Shown piece after piece: positions 1 through 11,524 of a DNA stretch of 64,000 nucleotides (positions are counted from its first letter, which is position 1; every line of letters begins with the position of its first letter). Under the pieces are notes generated by a model that worked only from the letters and a program-made list of their open reading frames with translations, ran no database searches and was not told where the DNA came from. Origin of the DNA: Mobula birostris (lineage: Eukaryota); contig NC_092398.1 of assembly GCF_030028105.1 (NCBI RefSeq), positions 21,090,254 through 21,154,253 of the forward strand, written 5' to 3'. The translations under genes were made by a program, and so were the position numbers.

Positions 1-139
1 TGTGGTGATTTTTAATTGGAACTGTGACAGTCTTGAAATATTTGCAAGCAGTTTATCGAAGGTTCTCTTCTCTAGTTCACGTCAGATATAACCTCAGTTC
101 ACTGCAGCAAATGCTTTTCTGATCCACATTCCAGTGCCT

Positions 140-360
140 GCTGCCTCTTGTGTCTTCATTCTCCCTCAAGCCAGAGAGGTGACGGAGCAACTTCAGAAAC
201 AATTGGTCAGCCCACAGCTGGAGTACAGTGTCCAGTTCTGGTCTCCACACTACAGGAAGGAGGTGACGTTGTCCGGGACAGAGGGTTTCAGTTACGAGGA
301 GAGACCAGTGACGCAGCCTCTGTTCTCCCTGGAGCCGGGGAGGCTGTGCAAGGACCTGAT
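140..360 (+). mobile_element. Degenerate CR1 LINE ORF2 C-terminal fragment downstream of the receptor stop (also about 13500-13720, 29565-29815, 47860-48110)
   Basis: Translates to LVSPQLEYSVQFWSPHYRKEV(TALERVQRRF), the CR1 [13 protein letters not shown] motif. Confidence 0.8.
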
Positions 361-809
361 GGAGGGGTCTGGGGTGGGGTGAGGTGGGGGGGGTCAAAAA
401 ATCACGGCGCGATCGAGCTGTCATATCTGGTCGCCGTGGCAATGAGGAAGCCGGGCCCAGGAGGCAGTAAACTAACTTGGCCTGGACTCACTCAGAGGGT
501 CCTTTGAGCTGGGGCAAGTTTTTTTTGATAGGACGCTATCGGGCGACTGCGGGTAAAAATTCAGTTAGTTGCTCAGGGGATGAACAGATCACTGGCAAAT
601 AGGTGGTTGGGGAGAGGGGGATCAGTGGTTGGCTATCAGCCGAGGATTCTGGTTCACTCGGCCTTGTAGGACTGGAACAATGGTAGGCCAAGTGGGGGAG
701 GGAATGGGTGCGTTAATGGTGGGAGGTGACAGAGGGCAATATGGAGTATAGGGTACCAATAACAGGACAGAGCGAGGAGCCTGCACTGGGGGGACCAGAG
801 AGAGAGTCC

Positions 810-1847
810 TCACACACTGGCAACCGTCCTGGAGATGGTCTTGATGCGAGTGCTGCAGGCTGACTCTGTCGGCTCCTCAGCAAAGGCCAAACGGAGCGAG
901 CTGGACAGGGAGCGCCGGAAGACCTGGCGGAAGTCACGGCCAGCGAAGACATAGAGGATGGGGTTCAGGGCGCTGTTGAAGGAGGCTAGGCCCACGGACA
1001 ATGTATCCCAGATGAAGGCCACTTGAAGATTGAAGAAAGCCTGAGCTAGGCCGCAGATGTGGTATGGGAGCCAGCAGATGAAAAAGGCAGCAACTACAAA
1101 TGCAATGAGGCGGATAGGCTTCCTGGTCTTGCTGGACTTGGCGAACTTGCCCCTCTGCAGCTTCTGACCGATCAGGAGGTAGCAGGATGCCATGATGAGG
1201 AAGGGGAAGATGAAGGCAAAGAGGGCCCGTGTCACCTCCACCACCTCCCTGGTCCGGTCTCCAAAATATGTCCCGGTGTAGTTAATGGTGCAGAAAATTA
1301 AGCCGAACTCAGAACCTATGTATACCTGCCGTGTCAGCAGAGTGGGCAGGCACATGAGGAAGGCGAGGCCCCAGGCCCCAAGGCAGGCCGCACGCACCCA
1401 AGGCAGGGACCGGTGAGTCTGGGACCAGATGGGTCTAGTGACGGCCAGGCAGCGGTCGATGCTGATCATGGTCAATAGGAAGACACTGGCGTACATGTTG
1501 AGGACAATGGCCGAGGGAAGGAGCTTACAGAGGACATTGTCTCTCGGCCAGGTGTTTACCAAGGCAACTTTAGCCATCTGGAAGGGGAGGGTGAGGCAGT
1601 AGGTCAGGTCTGCCACAGCCAGGTTCAGGAACCACACCGTGTTGACACTCCGTTTCATCTTGAAGCCTGTCACCCAGATGACAGCACCGTTGCCAAGGAC
1701 CCCCAACAGGAAAGTGAGCGTGTAGACAAAGATGGACAAAATGGAGGATGCTGGCAGATGGGTCCTATAATCCACAGGTAAGTTCTCATAGGAGTAGTTT
1801 TCAAAGGGAGTTGTGTTGAAAAAGTAATAATCTCCAGAATAGTCCAT
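810..1847 (-). CDS. C3a/C5a anaphylatoxin chemotactic receptor-like GPCR, copy 1 (subtype A), 345 aa, single coding exon
   Basis: 7TM motifs GN (TM1), [10 protein letters not shown] (TM2), [18 protein letters not shown] (TM3), CWLPYH (TM6), NPILY (TM7). The start MDYSGDYY is in strong context (agcATGg) 6 nt after a polypyrimidine/CAG acceptor. The ORF-track N-terminal 155 aa are intronic low-complexity read-through. Confidence 0.93.
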   Translation of the reverse strand: MDYSGDYYFFNTTPFENYSYENLPVDYRTHLPASSILSIFVYTLTFLLGVLGNGAVIWVTGFKMKRSVNTVWFLNLAVADLTYCLTLPFQMAKVALVNTWPRDNVLCKLLPSAIVLNMYASVFLLTMISIDRCLAVTRPIWSQTHRSLPWVRAACLGAWGLAFLMCLPTLLTRQVYIGSEFGLIFCTINYTGTYFGDRTREVVEVTRALFAFIFPFLIMASCYLLIGQKLQRGKFAKSSKTRKPIRLIAFVVAAFFICWLPYHICGLAQAFFNLQVAFIWDTLSVGLASFNSALNPILYVFAGRDFRQVFRRSLSSSLRLAFAEEPTESACSTRIKTISRTVASV

Positions 1848-1855
1848 GCTGAGCT

Positions 1856-3870
1856 GGAAGAGAAGATATTGTGGAGGTGAGAGAGGTTGGGAGTGGAGGG
1901 AGGGGACAAGAAGAGAGATGGGTGAGGGAAAGAAGAGGGAAGGAGAGAGATGGGTGAGGGGAAAAAGGAGGCAGGGAGAGATAGGGAGGGAAAAGAGGGA
2001 AGATAGGGTAAAAAAGAGAGCTTCATGGGAGAGGAGAGGTAGGTAAAGATGATGGAGGCCAAAAGGGGAGTGAAGGGAGAAGGGGAGGGGGAGTGGAATG
2101 AACAACAGAGGAGGAACTGAAATGGCTGGATGAGGAGGTGCGAAGGGAGGATGTGAAGGGAAGAGAGGTGGATGGGTAAGAGGAGGATGGTAGGGCAGAG
2201 GAGACAGGGAAGGGAGGACAGGTGAAGATTGGTGAAGATGATGGGGGATGAGGAATGAGGACAGATGAGGGAAGGAAAGAGGAGAGAAATGGGAGAGAGA
2301 GGGAGTAGACAAGGTGAGGGGAGGAGGGGAGGGAAGTGGAAGATGGAGGGGGAGGGGGAAGAGGGAAGGGGAGGGGAAATGGGAAGGAGAGAAGGATGAG
2401 GGAAGGGGAGGGTGAAGGAGATGGGGATGATGAAAAAGAAAGAGGGGAGGAGGGGAAGGGAAGAGGAGGAAGAGGAGAAAGGGGAGGGGGTGGGGAGGAC
2501 ATGAGAGGAAGGGGTGGAGGAGAAAGGGAAGGGGAGGAGGAGGTGGGAATGGGAGGGGAGGAGGAGGAGGGAAGAGGTGGAGGAGGGAGGGTGAGGAAGA
2601 GGGAGGAAGAAGAAGAGTGAGGGGAAAAAGGAAGAGGGAGGGGAAGGAGGAAGATGGAATGGGAGGAGGAGGAGGGGGTGCAAGGAAGTGCAGAGTGTAC
2701 AGGGAGGAGGAGGAGGGTGGAAAGGGAGGAGGTGAAGGAAGAAAGAGTGGAGGAAGAGAAGGGCAGGAATGGGAAGGGCTAGAAGGGACGGGAAGAAGAG
2801 GAGGAGGGAAGGGGTAGGTGAACAGGAAGGAAGGGGAGGGTGAACAGGACTGGGAGTTGTAGGGAACGGAAGGAAGGGAGGATAAAAGAGGGAGTGGAAG
2901 AAGAGAGTGGGGGGAAGAGGAGGAAGGGGAAGGAAGAGGAGTGAAGGGGAGGAGAAGAGAAGGGGAGGAGGAAGGAAGGGGAGGAGGAAGGAAGGGGAGG
3001 GGAGAGGGAGGGAAGGGGAGGAGGAGGGAATGGGAGGGGGAGGAGGAGGGATGGGGAGGGGGAGGAGGAGGGATGGGGAGGGGGAGGGGGAAGAAGAGTT
3101 AAGCTGGAAGCATTGAGTAGGAGATGGAAATTGAGGGGTGAAGCTAAAGGGAAGCAGGGAAGGGGTAGAGATGGGGTGTGGTGAAGGGAGGTTGCAGTAA
3201 GTGTCAGGGACAAGCAAAGAGAAACAGGGACAGAGGATGTGAGGTGGAGCGGGGAAAGGTTTGAATGCAGGAATGATGGAAAGAATAAGGAGGGAAATGG
3301 GAAAGGTGAGTGACAAAGGGTGGAGGGGGTAGGGGAAGAGATGGAGAGGTGGGAAAAACAAAAAAGGGTGGGGTGAAGGTTTGAAGGGGGTGGGAAGGAG
3401 ACAGATCCTAGGTGGAGTTATGGAGAACATAGGCCAAGGACAACAGAGGGGGCGGGGTGAAATGGGAGGGAAAAGGTGGGGTGGAAGAGGGGATCGGAGG
3501 GGGATGGAGAGAAGAAGAGAACTGGGAAGAGAAAGAGGGAGAGAGAAAAGGGGAAAGACAGGGGGAAGGAGGAAGAAAATGGGAAGAGAGAGAGAAGAAG
3601 GGGATGAGGAAGAGCTGGGAAGAGGGGAGAAGAGCGAGGAAGGAGAGGTGGGAAAGGGAGGGAAATGTGGGGGGAAAGGGAAAGGGGGAGAGGGAGGAAT
3701 ATGAGAGAGGAAGAGGGGGAGGGGAGCGAGGATGTCGAGTGCAGAAGGAACAGGGAGGGGAGGGGAATGGGAGTGAGCAGGGAGAGAGATGGGGATTGAA
3801 CAAGGGAAAGGGGTAAAGGTGGAAAAGAAGGGTAAGGGAAGGTTAAGGGGAAAAGACAGAGAGGACGGAG
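1856..3870. repeat. GA-rich low-complexity tract (intronic; pyrimidine-rich on the coding strand)
   Basis: About 2 kb of nearly pure G/A (GGA, GGGA, GAA motifs). Confidence 0.95.
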
Positions 3871-4191
3871 GTCACAACCATCTCCCCCCTCACTGCCCCT
3901 CCTGCACCACGACGCTCACTCCTCACCAGCCCGCACATGGCGCATTGGCTCTCCTCCCTGTCAGCCCCCTCCAGCCCCACAGCAGAGACGGGAAATGGAC
4001 GGGGAAGGGGGAGAAAGTGGCCTTCAGCGTGACGCTCCCTCCTCACCTCCTCACCGAAATGAACGCAGTGCGCTCCTCCATCCTCACCTCCCCACACCCA
4101 CCCCCCCGCACCCTCCCCACCATTCATCATCCGCTGCCGGCCCCGAGGAACCCCAGCTCCGGCATCCCTTCCTGGGACCCCACCAACTCAC

Positions 4192-4580
4192 CTTGGAGCC
4201 TGCTCCCCCTCTCGATGAAGTTCAGCCTCCCCGTAATCTCCGGCTCACTCCATCCCCCGGGCAGCAGAGAGTTGCACCCAGATCCCAAACCGTTGCGACC
4301 ACCGCAACCAATCCTCGACATGAACCGTGCAGAAACGAACGGAATCGCTGTCCTCCGCCCCCGGGAGAGCAGGGAAGGTGGAACAGGACACTGGTGCGGG
4401 AGAGGTCCGGAGAGCGGGGTGGGTCCCGTCTGAGGCTGACAAACACATCGTTATGATTTCGTCACATTCTTTAATATCTGGTGTCTGGTTTATCAGCTCA
4501 GTTCCTCAAACTGAACTCAGCTGCGGACCGCAAGGCATTGAAGACAAATCACAGCAGTTCCTGAATGAGACAAAGTGTAA
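4192..4580 (-). promoter_or_regulatory. Putative 5' non-coding exon and proximal promoter, copy 1
   Basis: Consensus donor AAG|GTGAGT (intron 1854-4191). Upstream motif cluster: C/EBP-ATF-like ATTTCGTCAC 4456, GATA TGATAA about 4490, PU.1/ETS GAGGAACTG 4499-4507, E-box CAGCTG 4518, second ETS CAGGAACT 4556. TSS not determinable. Confidence 0.55.
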
Positions 4581-4582
4581 AT

Positions 4583-5730
4583 CTCCCATCACATATTCCT
4601 GCGGTGAAGCACAGAGTGAAGCACCCCACCCCGTCCCATCACACTCTCCCGTGGTCAGATACAGAGTGAAGCTCCCTCCACACCCTCCCATCACACACTC
4701 CAGGGGTCAGACACAGAGTGAAGCTCACTCCACACCATCCCATCACACACCCCCCGGGTCAGACACAGAGTGAAGCTCCCCCACACCATCCCATCACACA
4801 TTTCCGGGGTCAGACACAGAGTGAAGCTCCCTCCACACCGTCCCATCACACACTCCTTGGATCAGACACCGTATTAATTTCCCTGTTCACCATCACACCA
4901 CTCATTCCCAGGGTCAAACATAGAGTGAAACCTCCTCCACAGCGTCCCATCACACACACATCTGGGGTCAGACACAGAGTGAAGCTCCCTCCACACTGTC
5001 CCATCACACATATCTGGGGTCAGACACAGAGTGAAGCTCCCTCCACACCCTCCCATCACACACTCCAGGGGTCAGACACAGAGTGAAGCTCCCTCTGTAC
5101 CGTCCCATCACACACTTCTGGGGTCAGACACAGAGTGAAGCTCCCTCCGTACCGTCCCATCACACACTTCTGGGGTCAGACACAGTGTGAAGCTCCCTCC
5201 ACTTCGTCCCATCACACACCCCCTGGGTCAGACACAGAGTGAAGCTCACTCCACACCATCCCATCACACACCCCCCGGGTCAGACACAGAGTGAAGCTCC
5301 CCCACACCATTCCATCACACATTTCCAGGATCAGACACAGAGTGAAGCTCCCTCCACACTGTCCCATCACACACATCTGGGGTCAGACACAGAGTGAAGC
5401 TCCCTCCACACCGTCCCATTACACTCTCCCAGGGTCAGACACAGAGTGAAGCTCCCTCTGCACTGTCCCATCACACACATCTGGGGTCAGACACAGAGTG
5501 AAACCTCCTCCACACCATCCCATCACACACTCCCGGGGTCAGACACAGAGTGAAGCTCCCTCCACCCTGTATATCACACACTCCCGGGGTCAGACACACA
5601 TTAAATCTCCCTTTGCCCTCTCCCAGGGTCAGAAACTGAGTGAAACTCCCTCTGCACGTCTGATCACACACTCCCAGGGTCAGACACAGAGTGAAGCTCC
5701 CTGCACACCATCCCATCACACACTCCCGGT
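4583..5730. repeat. 52-bp minisatellite, about 22 units
   Basis: Consensus approximately GGGGTCAGACACAGAGTGAAGCTCCCTCCACACCGTCCCATCACACACTCCC; GTGAA anchors about 52 bp apart from 4616 to 5691. Confidence 0.95.
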
Positions 5731-6629
5731 GTGGAGCTGGAAGATTAAGTCAGTAGGGTGGAGTGGGGGAGGTTGGTGGTGTGGTAGATATTGACAGCCA
5801 TCAGTCATGAGATACTGCCTGTTTGGCTCAGCTGGGGTCCACCGTTGCGAGTTGTGGTTGTGCACAAGAACTTCGGTTGTTGGAAGAGAGGCCGATCCCT
5901 CTGGGAGCAGAGGAACTCCTGCTGTACTGTTGGGTCGGTGGCAAGAGGTGTCTGTGGAACTGTGAGGCGCAAAGGAGCAAAGACTGTGACACTCCTATCA
6001 TGAACACTTGCTGAACTCCCGTCCTTTCCCAGTTCCCTGCATGTAGAAAAGACAGGCAATACCTTGGACATTTTATTTCAAAAGTCTGGGCACCCCACAG
6101 TTGACGTCGATGAGGAGATCTTCTCCCAATCTCAGGACCCACACAGGAGATCATCACTATCTTTGCCCCTACCCCCCACCCCATGCATCTCCCCTTTCCT
6201 GGGCCGTGGGCTTGTTTTCAAAGCAATCGTTTGTCTTTTTTGCCTGCAAAGCACTCCTGACGTCTGCTTTCATTTTAGTGGTACAGTGTTTGTGGCAAAC
6301 AATATTCATAAGACTATGTTTATATTAGGATATAGGATAAAGATGAAATAAATAAAATATATATTCAAAAAATTCAAAGTGCATTTATTATGAAAAGATG
6401 TATAAATTATACAACCTTGAAATTTGCCTACTTCCAGACAGCCCCAAAGCAAGGAACCCAAAAGAACCCTTTAAAATATAAAGACCAACCCCCAATGGAC
6501 ATAGAAAGAAGGTGTTGTGGGCGGAGGAACCTTGCAAACAATGGAAGTGAGCATTCCAAAACAGATTGAAACCTTGGATCTATGACGGGATCCTGAGTTA
6601 CCCCTATGAACTGTGCTCGATCACCCCTA

Positions 6630-7423
6630 TGAACTCTGCTTTTGAAAAGAGAGAGAGAGAGCTATTTAACACCAACATCTTGTTTTTAAGAGAGAGAGAG
6701 AGAGACGAAGACTGCTCACAGTTTGTTTATACTTTCCCAAGGACATCGCCTGCTTGTACGTTCTTACAGACAGAGAAGGGAGGAGCTGTTATTTGAGAGA
6801 TATTTGGTACTCAGTACGGAGAGATAAATAGAAGGTCAGATGATAGACCAGAGAGACATGGTTTTGGACACTGAATGAGCTTTGTTGTGCCCACAGAAAA
6901 AGTGGGTTTTAGAAGATCGTTTAGGTGGATTGATCAGTGGCTCTCAGTGTGGAGAAGGTGTGACCGGTGGGGAGGTATTTGTGTGGCCAACCCTCACCTG
7001 GGTTGATTGCTCCACCACAGAAGAATGGTCCCCTTTGTTGTGGTCACAGACGGTAACATTTAAAGAATTTTGGAGGACAATGGGAAGATCAATGGCGTCA
7101 GCTCACTTGAAGACTCGAATCTCTCCCTCTCTCTCTCTCTCCATCACTACTCAACTCAATACCACAAACTGAACTGAACTTTACTCATCATCGTAAGACT
7201 GTATCTATTTACCCCTAGACTTGAAGAAGCTTGGTTTTCATATATTTCCACATTTACTGATATACTTACTTACATATAATCAATGGTAATCTGTTTGATT
7301 TATCTGCATTTATTTTACTGTATTGCGTAGTTACTAATAAATACCACTAGTTAATAACAATACTGGACTCCAAGGTGTTTTCCATTTCTGCTGGTTCTTT
7401 AAACCTGTCACGGGGTACGTGAC
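6630..7423 (+). mobile_element. LTR-like element remnant (also about 19935-20730; internally replaced versions 36530-37339 and 54415-55224)
   Basis: Non-coding; AATAAA near the 3' end; ends ...gtcacggggtacgtgac, resembling a TG...CA LTR terminus. The 5' end is unclear and the family is not identified. Confidence 0.45.
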
Positions 7424-7729
7424 CGTTGCCAACCATGGCTGATGAGCCCCATCTTCCCAAAGCAGGTAATGACAGAAAGTGAAACTCCAGTCAACAGTTT
7501 ATTGTTGCCTTTGTGTTTAACAAGTACAATCCACCCCTATAGAGTGAGGGGTGAAGAGAAATCCATTCTCCAGGTGACCTTTTGTGTTGAATTAGACCAT
7601 AAAATCATAAGATGCAGGAGCAGAATTAGGCCATTTGAGTCTTCTCAGCCATTCCATCATGGCTGATTTATTATCCCTTCCCATATTGGACACTGTGTGC
7701 ATATATATAGATATTTTTGATGTATTTAT

Positions 7730-7850
7730 TTATTTTTTGGGGGTTTGGCACGGAACAGACCCTTCCAACCCTTCGAGCTGCGCCGCCCAGCAATCCCCTG
7801 GTTTAACCCCAGCCTAATCACAAAACAATTTATAATGACCAAACTAAGCT
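7730..7850 (-). mobile_element. V-SINE 3' fragment, antisense (present in all four units)
   Basis: Reverse complement resembles the 3' part of the SINE at 28035-28310 (taaattgt..tgtgattaggc..ggtt.aa..attgctgggcggc). Confidence 0.55.
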
Positions 7851-7864
7851 GCTAACTCGCTTAT

Positions 7865-8340
7865 TTGCTTCCCCCCTCCCTCCCACTCCCCATTCTCCCC
7901 TCTCCCATCCCTCTTCTCTCACATTTCCCTCCCTCTCTCCCTGTCTCCTCCCTCTCCCCCTTCTCTCCATCCCTCCCTTTTCCTCTCCCTCCCTCCACCT
8001 CCACTTCCTCTCACTCCCTCTTCCCCTCCTTTCCTCTCCCCGACTACCTCCCCCTCCTCCCCTCTCCCCTTCTCTCCAACCCTCTCCCTCCCTCCACTTC
8101 CTCTCACTCCCTATTCCTCTTTTTGCCTCTCCATGACTCCCTCCCTCTCCTCTCCTCTGCCCCTTCTCTCCATCCCTCCCCTTCCCTCTCCCTCCACCTT
8201 TCCCTCTCTCATTTCATCTCCCTCCTTCCCCTTCCCTCCACTTCCTCTCCCCCCCTCTCCTCTCCATCCCTCCCTCTCCCCTCCATCCCTGCACTTCCCT
8301 TTCTCTCCACTTCCTCCACCTCTCCCTAACTCCCCCCACC
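7865..8340. repeat. CT-rich low-complexity tract (also 21172-21647; truncated at about 37781-37940 and 55676-55835)
   Basis: Nearly pure C/T on the + strand. Confidence 0.9.
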
Positions 8341-9007
8341 CTCACAACTGGTTTCCCTGGAAGTCCTATGGGCAGTCAACTGAATGAGAGGAGGATAGTG
8401 ATCCGAAGGTATTTATCTTTGGATCAAGAGGAGGGAGACGTCGGTCAGAAGAAACTACAGTCTAATCAAGGACAGGGGAAGCAGTCGGACTAGTTTTCTC
8501 TTTCCTCCCCATTTTGTGGACTCTGAACTGATTCTTGCTCTTGGACAATCTAATCAGAGCAATTGAATGTGGACACAGGGAACTTCAGGTAAATCTGAGA
8601 CCATCCTCAGATGAGAAGGCAAAATGCCAGCCCTACCAAAGAAGCGATCTATAATCTTGTTAGACACTGTCTGGGTTTCCCCATTTAATTGGTTTGGAAC
8701 AAAAGTGAGTGAGCTGCCCCGGACTGGACACAACAAGCCCCTTCCCCAGAGGTTCTAGCTCCCCCATAAACCCCAGGAGCTAGTTTAACTCGGATTTTAA
8801 TTAATGACTATATTAATCAGTTTGGAACCACAACAAGGGCCTGTTTCTGTGTTGTCCTTTTCTAATGTTCTCTGTTGGTCTCACCGTACTCCGTGACTTT
8901 CTAAGAGAAACAATCAAACCTGGACAACTCTCCCTGTAACTAAATCCCTCAGATCCAAGCAGCATCCTGGTGAATTTCTTAACTCTCTCCAAACCAGATG
9001 CAGATTC

Positions 9008-10907
9008 TGTAACAGTGCAACAATAATAGGGTTGTTGTGATGGGTAATTTTAACTTTCGTAATATTGACTAGCATCTCCTTCGAGCAAGGGGTTTAGATG
9101 GAGTGGAGTTTGTTAGGTTTATACGGGAAGGTTTCCTGATGCAATATGTAGATATGCCAACTAGAGGAGAGGCTGTACTTGATCTAGTATTGGGAAATGA
9201 ACCTGGTCCGGTGGCAGGTCTCTCAGTGAGAGGACATTTTGGAGGTCGTGATCACAACTCTATCTCCTTTACCATGGCGCTGGAGAGGGATGGGAGCTGT
9301 AAACATTTAATTGGGGTGGGGGAAATATGATGCAGGAACTTGGGAAGATAAATTGGGAGCAGCAGTTCTCAGGGAAATGCACAGCAGAAATGTGCCAAAT
9401 GTTCAGGGAACATTTACATGGCATACTGCATAGGCATGTTCCACTGAGGCAGGGAAAGAATGACAGGGTAAAACACCCAAGGTGCACAAAGGATATGGAA
9501 AATCTAGTTGAGGAAAGCTTACGAAAGTTTCAAGACACTAGGTACTGTTAGAGCTCTAGAAAATTACAAGGGTGCCGGGAAGGAGCTCAAGAATGAAATG
9601 AGGAGAGCTAGAAGGGCCATGAAAAGGCCTTGCCGAGCAGGATTGAGGAAAACTCCAAGGCATTCTTCAAGCAAGTGAAGAGCAAGAGGATGAGCTGTGT
9701 GAGAATAGGACCAATCAGGAGTGAGAGTGGAGACACGTGCATGGAGTCAGAGGAGGAAGATGAGGAACTTGATGAATACTTTGCTTCAGTATTCACCAGT
9801 AAAAAGGACCCTGGCAATTATGGGGATAACTTAAAGCAGACTGAAATGCTTGAGTGTGTAGATAGCAAGAATGAGGATGTGCTGGAGCTTTTGAAAGGTA
9901 TTATGTTAGATAAGTCACCGGAACCAGGCGGGATATACCCAAATCTACCGTGGGAAGCAAGGGAGGAAACTGCTGAGCCTCTGGCGATGATCTTTGCATT
10001 ATCAATAGGTAATGAAGAAGTACCGGAGGATTGGAAGCTTGCAAACGTTGTTCCCTTGTTCAGGAAGGAAGTAGAGAAAACCCAGGAAATTATAGACAAG
10101 TAAGTCTTACTTCAGTGGTGGGCAAGTTGTTAGAGAAGATTGAGAGGCAGTTTTTTTTGAGCATTTGGAGGATATAATCTAATTTGGGATAGTCAGCATG
10201 GCTTTATCAAGGGCAGGTCATGCCTTACGAACCTGATTGAATTCTTTAAGGATGTAACAAAACACATTGATGAAGGTAGAGCGGTGAATGTAATGTGTAT
10301 GGATTTCAGTAAGGCAGTTGATATGGTTCCCCATGTGAGGTTCAATCAGAAAGTAATGAAGCATGGGATCTAAGGAGACCTTGCTTTGTGGATCCAGAAT
10401 TGGTTTGACCAAAGAAGGCAAAAGGTGGTAGTGGATGGTTCGTATTCTGCATGGAGGACGGTGACCACTGGTGTTCTGAGGGATCTGTTCTGGGATCCCT
10501 CCTCTTTGTGATTTTTTTAAATGACCTGGATGAGGAAGTAGAAGTGTAGGTTGGTAAGTTTGTTGATGATACAAAAGTTGGGGGTGTTGTGGATAGTCTG
10601 GAGGGCTGACAGCGTTTACAACTCGACATCAATAGGATCCAAAGCTAGGCTGAGAAATGGCAAATGGAGTTCAGCCCCAATAAGTGTGAAATGATTCATT
10701 TCAGTAGGTCAAATTTGAAGACAGAGCATAACATTAACGGTAAGGCTCTCAGCAGTGTGGAGGATCAGCGAGATCTTGGGGTCCATGTCCCTAGGACACT
10801 CAACCTGCTGTGTGGGTTGACAATGTTGTTAAGAAGGCGTATAGTGTGTTGGCCTTTATCAACTGTGGACTTCAGATCAACAGTCGTGAGGTAATGTTAC
10901 ATCTATA
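9008..10907 (+). mobile_element. Degenerate CR1 LINE ORF2 (endonuclease C-term to RT), many stops and frameshifts
   Basis: [40 protein letters not shown] and KCEMIHF motifs. Confidence 0.9.
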
Positions 10908-11099
10908 TGTAATACCCTGGGAAAGGTTTCACTGATATATTTAAGGTGGAGGTGGATGGGTTTGGGATGCATCAGAGCATCAACGGTTAACAGAAAGAAA
11001 GCAGGAGATTGGAGTTGAGAGGAATCATAATCAATGTAAAGGTGGAGCAGACTCAACAGGCCTCATGGCCTAATTCTGTTCCTCTGCCTTGAGGCCTCC

Positions 11100-11300
11100 T
11101 GCTTCAGCTCTGAATGCAAGTTCACAATCACCATTCATCGTCATATTCCGGAGCAGTTTACCATGAGGGGCCTTGTTAAGTGCCTTACTGAAGTCCATGT
11201 GGACACAGCCACTCTCCTACCCTTGCCAATCGCCTTCATCACCTCCTGAAAAAGCTCAGCCAAGCCTGTCTGCCATGACCTGCTCTGTAAAAGGCCACGC
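11100..11300 (-). mobile_element. Old CR1 RT fragment, antisense (also about 26410-26600, 45270-45460, 63148-63340)
   Basis: LAELFQEVTKAI..GR.V.VVHMDFSKAFNKAPHGKLL in paralogous copies. Confidence 0.7.
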
Positions 11301-11524
11301 TCACATCCCTCCTCTTCATTGACTGGGGGTCTCGCAGGACACCCAGCACCACCACCTCCTTAATCTCAGCGTTCCCGTGCAAATTAGCAAGGCCCACACC
11401 ATGCTCACTACCTTTCTTGTCCTTTTCCATGCTAGATTCCAACACAAGTTAGTCGCACGGTACCCCACCCCTGTCCAGTTATTCCAAACATAAGCACCTC
11501 CCTCGGTTCCCGACCCTCAGGTCC

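Noticed and set aside
1059-1301. 80-aa antisense ORF conserved in all four copies
   Set aside because: Shadow of the GPCR CDS; conservation is explained by recent duplication.
1848-2312. 155-aa Pro/Leu/Ser/His-rich N-terminal extension of the receptor (500-aa ORFs; 431 and 366 aa in other copies)
   Set aside because: Read-through of a stop-poor pyrimidine tract upstream of a splice acceptor; length and frame are not conserved among copies.
1670-3816. Long low-complexity ORFs (586, 389, 339, 333 aa and G/E/R-rich + strand ORFs)
   Set aside because: Artefacts of GA/CT skew, which depletes stop codons; frames break between paralogues.
3789-4433. + strand 214-222 aa ORF over the first exon/intron
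   Set aside because: No recognisable domain, low-complexity start, frameshifted in copy 2.
4660-5700. V(D)J RSS heptamers (CACAGAG/CACAGTG) in the VNTR
   Set aside because: No ACAAAAACC nonamer at 12 or 23 bp and no Ig/TCR segments.
4583-5730. CRISPR-like periodic array
   Set aside because: The whole 52-bp unit repeats with point variants; there are no unique spacers, no cas genes, and the context is vertebrate. It is a minisatellite.
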